NCBI GenBank assembly: GCA_013239625.1
Contig: MU055107.1
Span: 2,380,939 to 2,444,938 of the forward strand
DNA from: Lama guanicoe
Lineage: Eukaryota
Direction: 5' to 3'
DNA length: 64,000 nucleotides
A model generated the notes under the pieces. The model worked only from the letters and a program-made list of their open reading frames with translations, was not told where the DNA came from and searched no databases. Position 1 is the stretch's first letter. Each line of letters begins with the position of its first letter. Below are positions 25,050 to 38,878 of this stretch, in pieces. The translations under genes were made by a program, and so were the position numbers.

Positions 25050-25250
25050 CACTTGCTGGTTAAGGGCTCTCAGTCTGTGGAATCTAGGCAAGATACTCAT
25101 GCTTTTTGCATCTCAGTTTCCCCGCCTGAAGAATAATACTGAACGCCTACCTTAAGAGGATACTATGAAGTTTAAATTCGATAGTATATAAAAGGATGAA
25201 AATAAACCCTGCCACATGGTAAATACCTCATGAGTATTTAGCATTTGAGG
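25050..25250 (+). mobile_element. MIR
   Basis: ggttaagggctct, tctcagtttcccc, ccctgccacatggtaaatacctca. Confidence 0.6.
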
Positions 25251-26283
25251 CAATATAAGTAAAAAGAACCCTCAAGCCAATCTGCCCCACCACCTCAGCA
25301 GCCGTCAGCTGTCTTCTTGAATGATTTGGTTTAACTTGTATTAAGAAGCCTCTTCAACCAGGTGAACAACTGCCTTGGCCAATAGACACTTCCCTTTTCT
25401 TCCCTGAAGGAAGTCTTGAAAGAGTCGCCCATTCTTGGATGGCTGTCACTCTTCACTGAAGGGCACAACTTTGTGCTTTTCCTATACCTTAAGGGACATC
25501 ACTAGCCAGGTCCCAAGTGCTCTATTCCAACTTGCCACTGTGAAGTCATCTCTAATAATGTTTGCACACCAAGTCAGAACATCTTTGCTTCAGCCTGTGC
25601 TCTACTGCTGCCATTTTGAAGATGCAAAACTCAACCTCAGTTGACCTCAGTATCTGGTATCCAGTAGACACCCAGCTAATACTTGAGTAATTCAAATCTC
25701 TTCTCTTAACCCTCCAGCTAAGGCACTGTAGAGTACGATACTCTAAAAATTTATCAGTCTAGCTCAGACTTTTTTTTTAAAGGGCAAAGGGGGTGGGAAG
25801 GAAGGACAAGAAGATGAGGGTTGTGGATGTGTTGCCATAAAAAGCCAGTGATTCTTGTATCTGTTGGAAGGGAGGACATGAGTATAAAGTGGTGGACATT
25901 TAAATAGCATTCCATCTGTTCTCTGCACAGTTTCAAGCCTTTATTTGATAGAGATGAGAAAGCATAGACTCTTAAGCCAGGAAAATGACAGAAGAACTAT
26001 CCAAGGCTCTAGATGAGTTACTTGACAAGGGAGACTAACAAGTCAAATGGTCAAGGACATGTAAATAGTCCAGGGGTTCCCGCACCAGAAAGGCTTGAGC
26101 AACAGCAGCTCCCTGGCCATAGGCCCTCACATCCTCATTCCCTACAGAGTAAGAGGACTCAGCGTTCAACATGGGCAACGCAAAGTCAAATCCTGCCGAA
26201 AGTCAGCTCACTGGGAAAGCTTCCAGAGGGGAAGAAATTTATCAACAAAGTGATGAAAACTAAAATTTCATTGATTTAAAATT

Positions 26284-26392
26284 GGGGGGAGGTAGGGACT
26301 AGCTCAGTGGTAGAGTGCCTGCTTAGCATACACGAGGTCCTGGGTTCAATGCCCAATAACTCCCTTAAAAAATTCATTAAAAAAATAAAATA
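26284..26392 (+). mobile_element. Camelid vic-1-type SINE
   Basis: tagctcagtggtagagtgcctgcttagcatacacgaggtcctgggttcaat plus A tail; TSD-like taaaattgRg on both sides. Confidence 0.92.
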
Positions 26393-26521
26393 AAATTGAG
26401 GGTGTTGAGAATAGGATCATTTTTACTAAAACATGATTTGGAAAGAGGATCTTGTTTACCCTCAGAGGCATACATAATTAGGCTAAGATTGTAAGTTACT
26501 TTTCCTCAAGTATTGAAAAAT

Positions 26522-26780
26522 AGGGGTGGGAAGGGACAAACTGGGATTTCAAAATGTGTAGATACTGACAGGCATATGCAAATAGATAAATGAGATTATA
26601 CTGTATAGCACAGGGAAATATATACAAGATCTTGTGGTAGCTCACAGCAAAAAATAAATAATGTGACAATGAATATATGTATGTTCATTATAACTGAAAA
26701 ATTGTGCTCTACAGTAGAATTTGACACAACATTTTAAAATGACTACCTCAATAAAAAGTGTTTAAAAAATGTTTTAAAAA
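26522..26780 (+). mobile_element. Lineage-specific L1 3' end
   Basis: tactgtatagcacagggaaatatatacaagatcttgtggtagctcacag, tgacacaacatt, caataaaaa tail. Confidence 0.8.
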
Positions 26781-27643
26781 ATGTTTGAAGTACATGGCAA
26801 AGAGTTGTCCCTTTATAAAAATGTTTATTACATCCTGTTTATTGGGACACTAAAAACTCATCCTGCTCCCAAACTTGACATCATGGTCAGAATTCTGATA
26901 TTCAGAAGAAATGTAATGAACCTTCAATATTTAGTTCACATCTGGGGTTGGGGGAATGAACAGTTTTACACAGGAAAAATGATACGAATTATTCAGAAGA
27001 AAATTCTCCATAATAGCTTAATCTTCTGTTTCCACATATTTGTAACTGATACACTTCAGGAAGTAAAGAAGTTACGCCCATCCTAGTTTTAACTGAAAAG
27101 GCCCACTGCATTTTGGGAACACAGTAGCTTCTGGGTAACACCAGTCTTTGGGAGCTCAACCACACTGTTAACTCTCTCCCTCAAGAAAGTGGTTTAATTA
27201 GTGTAAAAATCTCCAATATAATGCATTCCATTAACCTAAGGACATTAAAAAAAAGGAATAGCTTTTAAATTTCAAAATATTTTAATAAGAAAGTGGTTTT
27301 TGTTTGTTTGTTTGTTTAGTTAATAATATAGGTAGGTGGTATGGGCAGCAAGGAATATAATATAGGAAGGAAATTTTATTTATGCAGAATTCATTTATTG
27401 AAAATATACTTACTTTATAGTCTGTGTTCTAGACAGAAACACAGCTTGATAGGCCTAATCCTTTTCTCTATTCTCTTGCTATGAGTTTTTTGCAGCCATC
27501 TCTGTCACCAGGGCTGTGCCACCACAGGATCACGTATATTTTCTTGGCCTGGCTAAATGAGGCAAAGTTGGCATGTGAATCAAGCAGGTAACAGTGGAAA
27601 CAGCAGAAGCAGTTCAAAATTTTGCATGTTAAAAAATGAGTCA

Positions 27644-27770
27644 GGGGTTAGGGAATACCTCAGAGGGGGAATGCATGCCTAGCATGCACAAGGTCCTGGG
27701 TTCAATCCCCAGTACCTCCATTACTTTAATTAATGAAATAAATAAACCTAATTACCTCCACCCCTCCCCC
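27644..27770 (+). mobile_element. Camelid vic-1-type SINE with 13-bp TSD
   Basis: tgcatgcctagcatgcacaaggtcctgggttcaatccccagtacctcc, taaataaacctaattacctcc; TSD aaaaaatgagtca at 27631-27643 and 27771-27783. Confidence 0.92.
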
Positions 27771-27785
27771 AAAAAATGAGTCACA

Positions 27786-28058
27786 CACAGACATAGAAAA
27801 CAAACTTGTGGTTACCAAAGGGGAAAGTGGCAGGGAGGAATAAATTAGGAGTTTGGGATTAGCGGATACAAACAACTGCCTATAAAATAGATAAACAACA
27901 AGGTCCTACTGTAGAGCACAGGGAACTACATTCAGTAACTTGAAATATCCTATAATGAAAAAGAATCTGAAAAAGAATATATATATATACACATGTACAA
28001 TCACTCTGCTTTACACCAGACACTAGCACAACATTGTAAATCAACTATACTTCAATTT
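27786..28058 (+). mobile_element. 5'-truncated L1 3' end
   Basis: cagacatagaaaacaaacttgtggttaccaaagggg, gtaaatcaactatacttcaat; TSD aaaaaRtgagtcaca at 27771-27785 and 28059-28073. Confidence 0.92.
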
Positions 28059-31000
28059 AAAAAGTGAGTCACAGATATCTAAAGAATATATTACTTAAAG
28101 AAGATCAGAAATAAACTGGTTATAGGTTTGGAAAAGAGCAGGGAGAGAAATGGTTAAAGGAACCGAGATCAGCCCCTCAGGGTGGCTGAGTAATATATGG
28201 AGTGTTATTAGATCAAAGTTCTCTATCTCCAAGGAGGAAGCAACCCAAAATTGTCTTAAAGTCCGTCCAGAAAGATGTCAGCTTAGTTTTTCGGATGAAT
28301 TCTTGGTATATAAGTTGATACGTATCATATTAGGTTACAAAGAGAAGTCTCGTAATCTCCCTCCCAGGAGATGCGAGGTTGTGAGACAGGAAAGCCCCAG
28401 TAACACACATGACCATCTTGAGCGGCTGATTCACCCAGAGCCAGAGGAACACATCAGAAGACTCCCCAGGGTTCTTTCAGGCTCAGGATTTTCAAACAAT
28501 TGAACAAACACGAGGCTGTAGAAGCGACTGCTTTGCCCCATGTTCAGCAACTTTGGCAAATTCCAAATACTTTTTCTTCGTACAAAGGAGGTTAACAGCA
28601 AGAACAGATTTTACAAGGACGCTTTACAACCAATCAGCACCTCACCAAATGGAAAAAGAACCTGCTTCTTAATGTGGTAAATGGCTGGACGTAATTTACA
28701 ATAGAGCCAGAGCTTGGCGCCATGGGGGAAAAAAATGGTGGAAAAAAGCACTGTGTATAGAGCAGCCATGTAGATAGTCAGCATTTTGGAAAGGGAGTTA
28801 GTGGCCCTTGTGTTCACAGGGAAGTTCAACTGGATTCTTTAACCAAAGTCAATCTGCCACATTGAGGAAATGAAGGGTCAGCCTTAATGCTTTTGGTCCC
28901 AAGGGAAAGTTGTCCAGTTGCCAAAAGAGAAGGAAAATTATCTCCTTTTTCTCCTTTTCTGTCACTGCTATGAACAGCGATGAGAAGAAGTAGACCCTCT
29001 GGGAAGGCCTGCAGAGAGAACGCGTCTGCTTATTTCTCTGCCTCTCAGTTGAGACTTGCTCCTGCCGCACGAGACGGGCACACAAGCTCTTCTGAATGAA
29101 AGAAATTTAGAAATTATCCAACTTAAATATATCCACACACACACATCTCAAAATACTCCACCAGCTAAAGAAGACCAATAGCCCAAGGAATCATTCTTTC
29201 TCTCCCAAGAAAGTCGCAATCCAGGTAAGAACACCACTGAAGGGCAGCAGCAACTCAAGACCTCGAGAGCGTTGCCCCAGTTTAGCAGGTATTAAAATGA
29301 ACCTCCTGCTTCCTCTCCAGGCCGGCATTTCCCAAAGAGACACCAGCATCTCTCTATTTGGAAAGAGATCTCAGGAATCCACCTTAATCCTGGGCTTCCA
29401 AAGAACTTTTGACTCTTCTGCAATTATGTCTTAAAAATCCCACGCCCGTTTTTGTGTTCTAAGCCATGGAATTTTTTAAGACGATCAGAAACCTTGGGAC
29501 CATATAACTCTGCCAAATACATCATGTACATAGAAAATGAACTCCCTGCTAGAAAGCTTCGAGCTGTGCCTCGGTGTGTCCAGCCTAGTCTTTGTTGGAA
29601 AATCAAATCAAATCCTTTTCTTTGGTCCTTTTACTTCCCTTCCGTACTAAGTGAAAAAGTAGGGACTTTTGCAATCCCCAGCTTGAATGGTGAGCCCCCC
29701 ATAGAGCAATTCATACCATGTGAAAAAATAAAATCAGAACACTATCCAGGGAAAGAAAAATGAAAACTTTTAAAAATTTTTTCTCCTTTTTCAGTTTTAT
29801 TAGGTAGAAATACTACAGTCTGACTGCACATACACATTATATTGCATGTAAGTACATATATACAGTATATTGCACATGAAAAATGGAGATTTTTTAAACC
29901 ATTACTACAGCAAAGACAACAACAGTGTCCCCTTTCAGAGCTGATAAGAGATCATGAGGTTGAAATTCTGCACAGCACTTTGAAAACTAGACGCCTTCGT
30001 CTCAGGACTTCATTTTTCTTTTAAAGCAAATACCTTTGAAAGTTGGCTGGATCTACACTGGTTCCATCCTCTGCTGTGTTTTTGATCTACGACACTCAAA
30101 AACAATTATTGTCATAGTCAAGTACATGTTGATGATTTATAACCCTCTACGCCATCTACACTTAAGTAAAATAATTCTTAAAGCATATTGATATCAGGAC
30201 AAAACAAAATGGCCTCAAAAATGAGCCAATCCTGCACAAAAGTCGTTTTTCTTAAATCAACAAATAAAAAGAGGGCATATGTATTTTTGTTTGAAAGCTC
30301 ACAAAATTGGAAACAAGACGAGTCAATAAAATTTCTCCCAAACCACCTTTCCCTACCCCTGGAAAGCATTTTATGAGACAATGAAAACCTCTAACACTGA
30401 GTGATGTGATTAAGTAATAAATGGCTGAATTTTCCTTCCTATATAACCCCACAGGGTGCTTCCTAGAGCAGGACAAAAGGTCTGTATAAAGAGTTAACTG
30501 TGTATTGGTGGAACACCCGATTACAGGTTAAGGGAGATCCCACTGAGACTTTTCTCTAGAGGCGGGGAACAACAGCTTCTTTCTAAGGGGCTGGTTAGCA
30601 GGCGCACCCCTTCCTAGAAGGCTCTGTGCACAGCGTATGTGGGTGCACTGCCTCAGCCTTGAGTCTACTGGGAAAGCAAGCTTGCTCACTTGAAATCTCA
30701 TGAATCACGATGACTGCTACCTGGTTACAAGAGCCTGCATGAAGATAACTTTCCCTCCAAGTGCTTCACAATTATTTGCGGGGCTCAGTCACTGTAGACA
30801 CACCAGTGCGCTCAGAGAAGGTAGCTGGCCAACATCCACCCCAGGACTCGGACCGCAGCACTTAACGGATGGCTCACGTGCTTCTTCCTGCGACTAATCT
30901 CATGCCTTCCTTCTGGGGGAGCAGCACAGGGCACACTGCCGTGACCCAGATTGCTGCTCTGCAAGTTCCCGGTAACAAGCAGGTTAAGCCAGCCAATAAA

Positions 31001-31292
31001 TCAACCCTCAAACCAGGGCTTCATCACCTTACACCCTGGACTCTCGGGGCTTTGCAGCCATCTGAAATGTCTTTAATGGGCTTACCCTGATGGACACAGA
31101 ATTTCTGGAGTCTGTCATTGTAAAAAGCCTGCTTCCAACAATATTTATGAGAAGGCATTTTCATGGCTCATCCTTCTAGTTTCTCCTAATGTTCAAATGG
31201 CTTGTATTCTAAATTCTTCTCCCAGAAAACCTTCCCACCAATAGACACATGTATATATGTGTGTGGTGGGGAGGCTGGGCTCTAGTTTGAAA

Positions 31293-31670
31293 AGCTTTTT
31301 CTTTTGAAATGATTTCAGATGCAGAGAAAAATTACAAATGCTAAACACCCTTTATGTCAATATAACAAATTTTAATAGTTTGCCACACAAATACAGATAT
31401 AATTATTTCAGAACCATGTGACCATAGGCTGCATGTTTGATCCCTCACTCTGTAATCCCTAAATGTGTATTTCCTAAGAATAAGGTCTCTTACATAATCA
31501 CAATACAATTATCAAATTCAAGAAATTTAACATTGATGTAATAGTTTTTCATCTAATCGATGGTCCATACACAAATTTCATTATGGGTCCCCAATAATGG
31601 CCATCAAAATAATTATTTGGGGGTAAAGGATCCAGTTTGCATGTATACACACACACATATACATATATAT

Positions 31671-31704
<34 letters not shown>

Positions 31705-32095
31705 ATTGCATTCAATTGTCATGTCTCTTTCATCTCCTTGAGCCTGGGAGCCATCCCTCAGCCTTTCAGTTATGTTATAGAATGTCCCTCAATTTCCGTT
31801 TCTTTGACATTTCCTTGTGATGAGGTTCATGGATCGCCTTTGGGGCTGGAATACTCTATAATGATGTGTTCTCAAAGTGTCCCATCTCAGGACTTGTGAT
31901 ATCCGTTTGCCCCTTTGTGGCGATGTTAATTTCTATCATTTGGTTAAGATGCTCTTCCATGGCTTCACGGTAGAGTTAGCTTGTTCCTTCTGTACTTTTA
32001 GATACCTTGAGTAAGTAGTCTGTCCTTCATTGAACCTTTACTTCTAGATTTATACCCACTGATGATTCCTGCCTGAATCCATTTTTATTCTAATG
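31293..32095 (-). mobile_element. L1MC4a/L1MC5-like 3' end with internal (TA)/(CA) microsatellite at 31642-31706
   Basis: gtgtatttcctaagaataagg, acataatcacaatacaattatcaaattcaagaaatttaacattgat. Confidence 0.75.
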
Positions 32096-33684
32096 CTCCT
32101 GTGTTTTATTTTTATGTAAGTAACATCGTAGACACTTAACTCACTGAATGCCATCACAGGGTAGGAAAAACCCTTAGATTACATTAGCACACAACTCATC
32201 AGGCTTCTTCATTCACAGGGTGACATTACTATAAAAAGGAGGGGGAAAGGGAAATACATGCACTATAAATGGGCCAGGTTTGCCGCCACAACATGCTTTC
32301 CTTTCATCCTCGTTTATCCGGAAGAGTCCTGTCCCCAGAGGTGGGAGGGCAAGTCTGGAATCAGGACACCATCTTCCCACTCCTTTGATTCAATATCAAG
32401 CATTTTTCATGATGATTACATGCAGCCACTAGTCCAGGGCATTTCCTCCCTTTTGTTTGAATTGCTTCTAGAGTAAACATCTGAAAACTTAGGATGGCAG
32501 CCAACGGAAGATAATCTCTCAGGGGAAAACACTGGAATCCCTCACAATTTCCATCAGTAAGAAACAGAGGAAAATGACAAGCTGTCATTCATTTCCAAAA
32601 AACTTACATGACACAGTGAAGCTTCTCGCTTTCAATTTCCATGGAATGAAAGTTAGCCTTTCAAAACGTTAAGTTTTAGATATGGCAAATAAATCATACT
32701 GTAACATTTCCCATGGAAACAGAAACACATATACACATACTGCATGAATAACTTACACCATATACACGCTTCCTTGCAAGAGGAGCTTCAGGGAGCTCAG
32801 AAAGCTGATATGTGAATTATCAAAAGCGTCCTCTACTACATGTGAAATGAAGGAAAGTGAAGCCTACTGCTTTTAGGGGAATTTACCACTTATTCCCTCT
32901 AGGGTTTATCTTGTTCACTGAAAATAAACATATTTCCTTGAGGACAGATGGAAAATGTGAGGTGACAATTCATTCTCCATGAAAGCACGTTATCTCCCAA
33001 GAGAAAATTCTCACTTCAAGGTGTAGAATATTCAGGAGCATAAACACACTCTCCGATCTGTAGGCAAGAAAGCCTGCTAACGTGAGGATTATTCTAGTAA
33101 GACTGACGTTGGACTGAAAATCAAAAATAACAAAGACAAAATGGATCGGATCTGAAATACAGGTGCTGAGTTGGCCAGTTCTTCTCCCCTCATTCCTAAT
33201 CAGAGCCTAGCCATGTGAGTTACTTCTCGTCATCCAATGAAGATTTGCATGTCTTTCTTGCATTGGCATGTGTTGCGTGAAGATACTATAGCTAAATCCC
33301 AGCTGGGCAGCCAAATCAAAGAGATTACACACCTGTGCATAGAGTAGAAGCATACTGCACTGTATTGTATGGTGTCCTCACTGCTTCTTAGAGTTGGAAG
33401 CAACTTCAGTGTCAATTTACAGCCACCTGATTTTATAGGCAATGCCACACAGACACCATCTGAATCATGTCTATTTCATAAATATTTCAATTTATTTAAA
33501 TTTTTATTTGTTCAAAGAATCTTTATCCAGCCTTTACTTTGTGCCAGGAACAAAGCCAGGCCCTAGTTCTTCGATGAGGAACGAGACAGAGATAATTGCT
33601 ACTCTCACAAGTATTATACTTTGCTTGTGCAGCATTTATTGCTGATAAAAACATCACAGTTTATGAAAAGCTTTCATGTGGAGC

Positions 33685-34299
33685 AGTAGTGCCCAATAGA
33701 AATACAATAATGGAAGCCGCACGTGATATTTTAAAATAGCCAATAGCCACATTTTTTTTGAAATGTAGAGAAGTGACATTAACAATATACTTAATTTAAA
33801 TCCAATATGTTTGAAATATTATCATTTAACATGTAGTTAACATAAAAAGTTATTAATGGGCTGTTTTACCTTCTTTTTTTCATACTAAGTCTTCAACATC
33901 CAGGATGTACTTTACATTTAGACCTCTCAATTCAGATGTTAAATTTTCATCAGAAGTATTTGATCTGCATTTAGATTTCATAAAAGTTTTCAGCAAAAAA
34001 ATGTAGATTGACAAATTGTCAAGTTTGTTTCAACCATTCTTAAAAGTTTTCCAAGAACTGGCAGGGAGGGTATAGCTCAGTGGTTGAGTGCATGTTTAGC
34101 ATTGCACAAGGTCCTGGGTTCAATCCTCAGTAACTCTATTAAAAAAAAAAAAAAGCCTTCACAAGAACTAAATTAAATAGGTTTTGAATTTAAATTTAAA
34201 TGAATTAAAATTAAATACAACCACGTAATCTAGCTCCCTTGTCACACCCTCGCTATGCCAAGTGCTCAATAGGCCTGTGTGACTGGTGGTACAGCTCTG
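33685..34299. mobile_element. Charlie1-derived hAT element (MER33/MER119-like), interrupted by a SINE
   Basis: tgcccaatagaaatac, aatagccacatt, tcatactaagtcttc, caagtgctcaatag. Confidence 0.75.
34060..34150 (+). mobile_element. Camelid vic-1-type SINE with A and B boxes
   Basis: gggagggtatagctcagtggttgagtgcatg...gggttcaatcc then poly(A); degenerate TSD aaaag...caagaact at 34042-34059 and 34151-34169. Confidence 0.92.
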
Positions 34300-34516
34300 A
34301 TTATCATTTTATTTTCTTAGGAAATAAATGAGGTTGGCTGGGCAGGCATTACTACCCACATTGTACATATGAAAAACAAACAAGGCTTAGAGATGACAAA
34401 GTGACTCATCTGAGGCTGTAAGGACATCACGGTGAATGGTAGAATCAAATTCAATCCCAAGACTTCCAAGGCCCAGTGATCTTTCCCTACATCTTGCTGC
34501 ACTGAAAATGAGTGTG

Positions 34517-34737
34517 GATTCACAGACACACATTACTATATATAAACTAGAGAAACAGCAAGGACCTACTGTATAGCACAGGGAACTATGTTCAATTTCT
34601 TGTAATGAGCTGTAAGGGAAAACAACCTGAAGATATATATGTGCGTGTATGTGTATATACAACTGAATCACTTTGCTGTACACTTGAAATCAATAAGGTA
34701 AATTGACTACACTTCAATAAAAAAATAAGAATTAAAA
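34517..34737 (+). mobile_element. 5'-truncated L1 3' end with 12-bp TSD
   Basis: aaggacctactgtatagcacagggaacta, aactgaatcactttgctgtacac; TSD aaaatgaRtgtg at 34505-34516 and 34738-34749. Confidence 0.9.
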
Positions 34738-35316
34738 AAAATGAATGTGAGAAATCTCACTCTGTTCACAGGACTGCATTAGGTCATAGAGAATCTTAAA
34801 TGCCAGATTAATGTCTGGACTTGAGCCACCTCAGAGGTAGCACACAAGCGGCCAAAGGCCTGAATTGAATCACAAATGTGGTCTATTGGCCAGATCCAAT
34901 TTTTCTTTTAAAACTTTGCATTGGGTACTTCTCAATAAGACATCCATTTTCCAGTTTACCACAGACTCCCCCACCCCCTACTCCTAATGCATGTGACTTT
35001 GACAACTGAATGAGGCAAACGTTTTTTGCCTTGAAGGGTTTTCAGGCAAAAGAGGAAAGTGAGTGACCCAATGCTGCTTTCAGATAATGGATCTGGTCCT
35101 CTGAGTAGGCTAAACTAGTACCAGAAAAGACTGGAAGCACGGAGGCTAGATTAACTAGAGTACTTGTCTGTTTTTAAAGCTCTTTTTGCTTTTTTCAGAT
35201 TTATTTCGAGTTTTCATTAAAATAAATTTTTGCCCCCCCCACAAAAATCTTCTAGAATGTCTTAAATTTTCAGTCAATGGCTCAAAGGAAGATTACAGTG
35301 AAATGATAAAACTACT

Positions 35317-35452
35317 CTCACATACACATTACACACATACCACATACCCATACACCACACATGCCACACATATACCACACTCCCCTACACCTACACACCA
35401 CACACACAACACACACACATCCACCACACATACCACACACACACACACACAC
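35317..35452. repeat. Degenerate CA-rich simple repeat
   Basis: Interrupted CA/CCA/CATA units ending in a pure (CA) run. Confidence 0.9.
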
Positions 35453-36311
35453 AGTCTCTACCTGAAAGGCACCTGGATGACTCCCACTGAAGTCTTCTGA
35501 GTAGAAGATAAACATACAGATTTTTTAAATGTAAAGATATCTTTTTTCCTTCCCTACTAGGGGGCACTGAATAAAATCTATAACTCCCATATATCTGTGT
35601 TCTTTTCTTCTGAAGTATAAATGTAGACATTTTTCACCTTTGCTACACCACAGGCTTCTAGAGGGGATAACATAATGGAAGTTTTCTGGGTCTTTCTATA
35701 AAAGAAACCAAAGAAATGTTGACTTGGATGTTATTGGTAAGGAAGGGAAAATGGCCTAATTTTGAGATGCATCAGTTCTTAAGGACCCCTTGCAGGTACA
35801 AAATAGGAAGAACAAAAGCAATGATTACTTTATCAGAATGAGTATGTTGATCGATCTAGTGTAATTGTGACATATTATATTTATCATAATTTGGGAAAGG
35901 GTAAGAATTTATTTAAGGCAATTCACTGGAAAAGTCCAACTCTGTTTTCGGTAATTCATTTCAAAGTTAGTTTTCTGTATCAGAAAAAAAAAACATTCTT
36001 TTACTTGTGTCTGCATGTTTCATTGTGTTGAGTAGGAGAAGCTAGTGCAGAGATTCTGAGACCTGAGGTTAAGAGTTATGGGGTGGGGGTGGGGGTACTG
36101 ATTAACACACAGATTTGTGGGACCCAGGCCCTGAAACCGAGTAGGTAATTGGTAGGTTCAGGGGACCTCAAGTCCCACAGTGAACCTGATGTAGGAAATA
36201 CATATAGACCACATTTTGAGAAATACAGCTCTCGCAATCAACTATAAGTCCTGGACCTTTCACCTGGGGCAGAGATCACCAGCTTAGTTGAAGATTACTT
36301 CCCAACTAAGA

Positions 36312-36810
36312 TGCAGTAGATTGGTTGCACTGGTGGTTCCAAGTAATGGCCTCCCCATATCCACACTCTCTACCATGTGACTCTGCAGCACCTCCCGTCA
36401 AAAGGAAGTCTATTTCCCTACCTTCTGAGTCTAGGCTGGCCTTATGACTTGCTGGTAAATTTGGAATAGAAGTCTCAGTGTGCTCCCTCCAAGTCTGAGC
36501 CTTGAGAACACTTGCATACTCCTCTTTCTCGGACCTTTATCACCCCCACGTGATCAAGCCCAGACAGGTCTGCTGGAGGATGAGAGACACATGGAGGAGA
36601 TCCCAACTGTCCCATTCAAGGTGACCTTGGACCAGCTTATAGTCAGCCTAGAAAACCAGAGCTCCCTACCTGGTCCCCAGTGGGCCAGAGATGCGTAGGG
36701 AGCCTAGCCAAGAACAGAAGGACAGTCCAGCTGACCTAAGAGCCAGAAATCTTACTTTTTTAGGCCAGAGGTTGGTGTAGTTTCTTTTATGGCAATAGCT
36801 ACCTGATGCA
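36312..36810 (+). mobile_element. MLT1G/H-like solo LTR, near full length
   Basis: TG...CA ends; ggctggccttatgacttgc, ctgctggaggatgagagacacatgg, gcaatagctacctgatgca. Confidence 0.8.
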
Positions 36811-38769
36811 GAAGGCAAAGTCCTTACCATTTGTCCTCTGTTCAGGAGAATCTGAAGGAGATAAAATTTGGCCAGAATAAATAAACAACAAATTCCTGGT
36901 CAAACTTTACTGGTGGATCCAGGTGATGGCCAAGGCTATAGCAGAAGATGAGAAGTGAAACCCAGACCCCAAACAACTTAATAGCTAATAATAAAAAATA
37001 GAAAATGACATTTATTTTAAAGCATTGCAAGATTCAAGATCCAAGCCATAATCAAAGCCTTTTTTTTAGGGTTCCATCAGCATCTGGCTGCCCGCTCACC
37101 ATAAAAGAACAGAAAAGATATTAGAATTTGTTCTTTTGAATAAGAAAAGAGACACGTGTAAGCTGGTACTGTTCATGTTTCCTGTAAAATCCATGAAATC
37201 TGTATCAATTCCTCCAAAGCATTTAAAAATCAGATTTTTTTAGAGCTCCCCAAATGCAAAACTAAAATCAAGACATCTCTAATCATTCAAACACAGCTTC
37301 GTGGAATTTCACTGCTGTTGAATTATTACAAGCTGTTTCATGTATCTAGAATCAGAATGCTAGAAAAGACCAGGTCTCAAGAGAAAGACATCTTTGCGTT
37401 TCCAGAATATTGGTTGTTTGGGCATTAGTCACATTACTCTCTGCTTGTAAAGCAAAGTCCATCGTGTAGGAAACTCTCTGGCGTGATGGGTCATGGAACA
37501 ACACACCCCAGGCTCCGCACAGTGGCCTGAAGTCAGGGGTGACACTTTGACTAAGGATCTCTTTACAAACTGAGCTTTATGTGAATGTAATGGGTACATT
37601 ATATTCAAAGGCCAAATGCATTACTTCTTTTGTTTGATAGGTCATTATTTCACCTCGTATAAAAGAACAAATGAACAAAGTCTATCAAAAATCATATTCT
37701 CCTCATCCTTGACCATCTGCAAATACACTAAAATGAAGAAACGACTTAAAAAGTCTGTCTCTTCTTAGGGAAAATATTAGCCCCACTAGCCCCATCAAGC
37801 TTCCATAATTTTCTTACAGATTGGCTTCCTTGGATAAAAATGACCCCACAAGAAATCATCAGAACAGCCTCAAATTAAGACACAATATTATGTAGTGTTC
37901 TGTAAAATTATGTATGCCAGCAGTGAAAACAGGAAAAGAAAGCCATTACCCAGATTCCAAGACAATTTCCCACACTTTTCAACAAATTCCTTACCAGGTA
38001 AAAGCCCTCAGTTTTTCTTTGAAAATCTCAAAACAAGGAAAATCCTATGGTTTCATAACCATCAGACTTGGAAGCAAAAGTCTACAGGTCAAAATCTCCC
38101 TAGATATATATTTGCTGAAGAGTTCCTCCCCATTTTAGGTTGAAGCTACAGTGGATAAGCCTTTCTGATTATATAGATCCTGACATTGGCTGTTTTGCTA
38201 GAATCTTCATGGCTTCCAGTTCAAGGGTGCCCACACTCTGGGAGTGCCCTCTTGGTGCGAGCCGTCAGAGATGATTAACCGAAAAATATTTCCAAGTTAA
38301 ACATTGATTCGCCTCTGCCTCTCTTTATTCCTATCTTGGATGACCTTTCCAACTCTTTTTTTTTTTTCAACAAAAGAAAGCAACACCAGTACCTTTGCAT
38401 TTTTCAGTAAAAAGCAAAAGCAGAATTCTGCATTTGTTAGTTTTTGTGGTTTTATCTCATAAAGAAATGAGCAGGGTATTAGGGCAATCCAAGGAAGTCT
38501 ATTTGCTTTTCTTTGTAAGCACACATAGACAGACAGACACGCAGACACACACATCATACACACCCAGACACACACCATACTTGGGACTTGAAGGCGAACC
38601 TTTCTGTTTTGTTTTGTGTAATCAGTCATTATTTTACTTCAGTGTTTAGTCCACACAGCTTCCGAAGGTCTAAAACTACCTTAGTTCATAAGTTAGCTTG
38701 AACCTCCTCCTCTTGCTCATTTTCTTCCTACCTTTTAGGAAAAGAACTGTATATATTGAAGACATCGAT

Positions 38770-38844
38770 CCTCCAGATCTTAATCTACCATTTCAGTCCA
38801 TCACCAAATCCTGCTGCATCTCACTTTGAAGTGTCTCATGTCAG

Positions 38845-38878
<34 letters not shown>

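Noticed and set aside
26284-26392. tRNA-Ala(AGC)-like sequence (also 6094-6231, 27644-27770, 34060-34150)
   Set aside because: A-rich tails, TSDs and mutated stems or boxes identify SINE copies, not tRNA genes.
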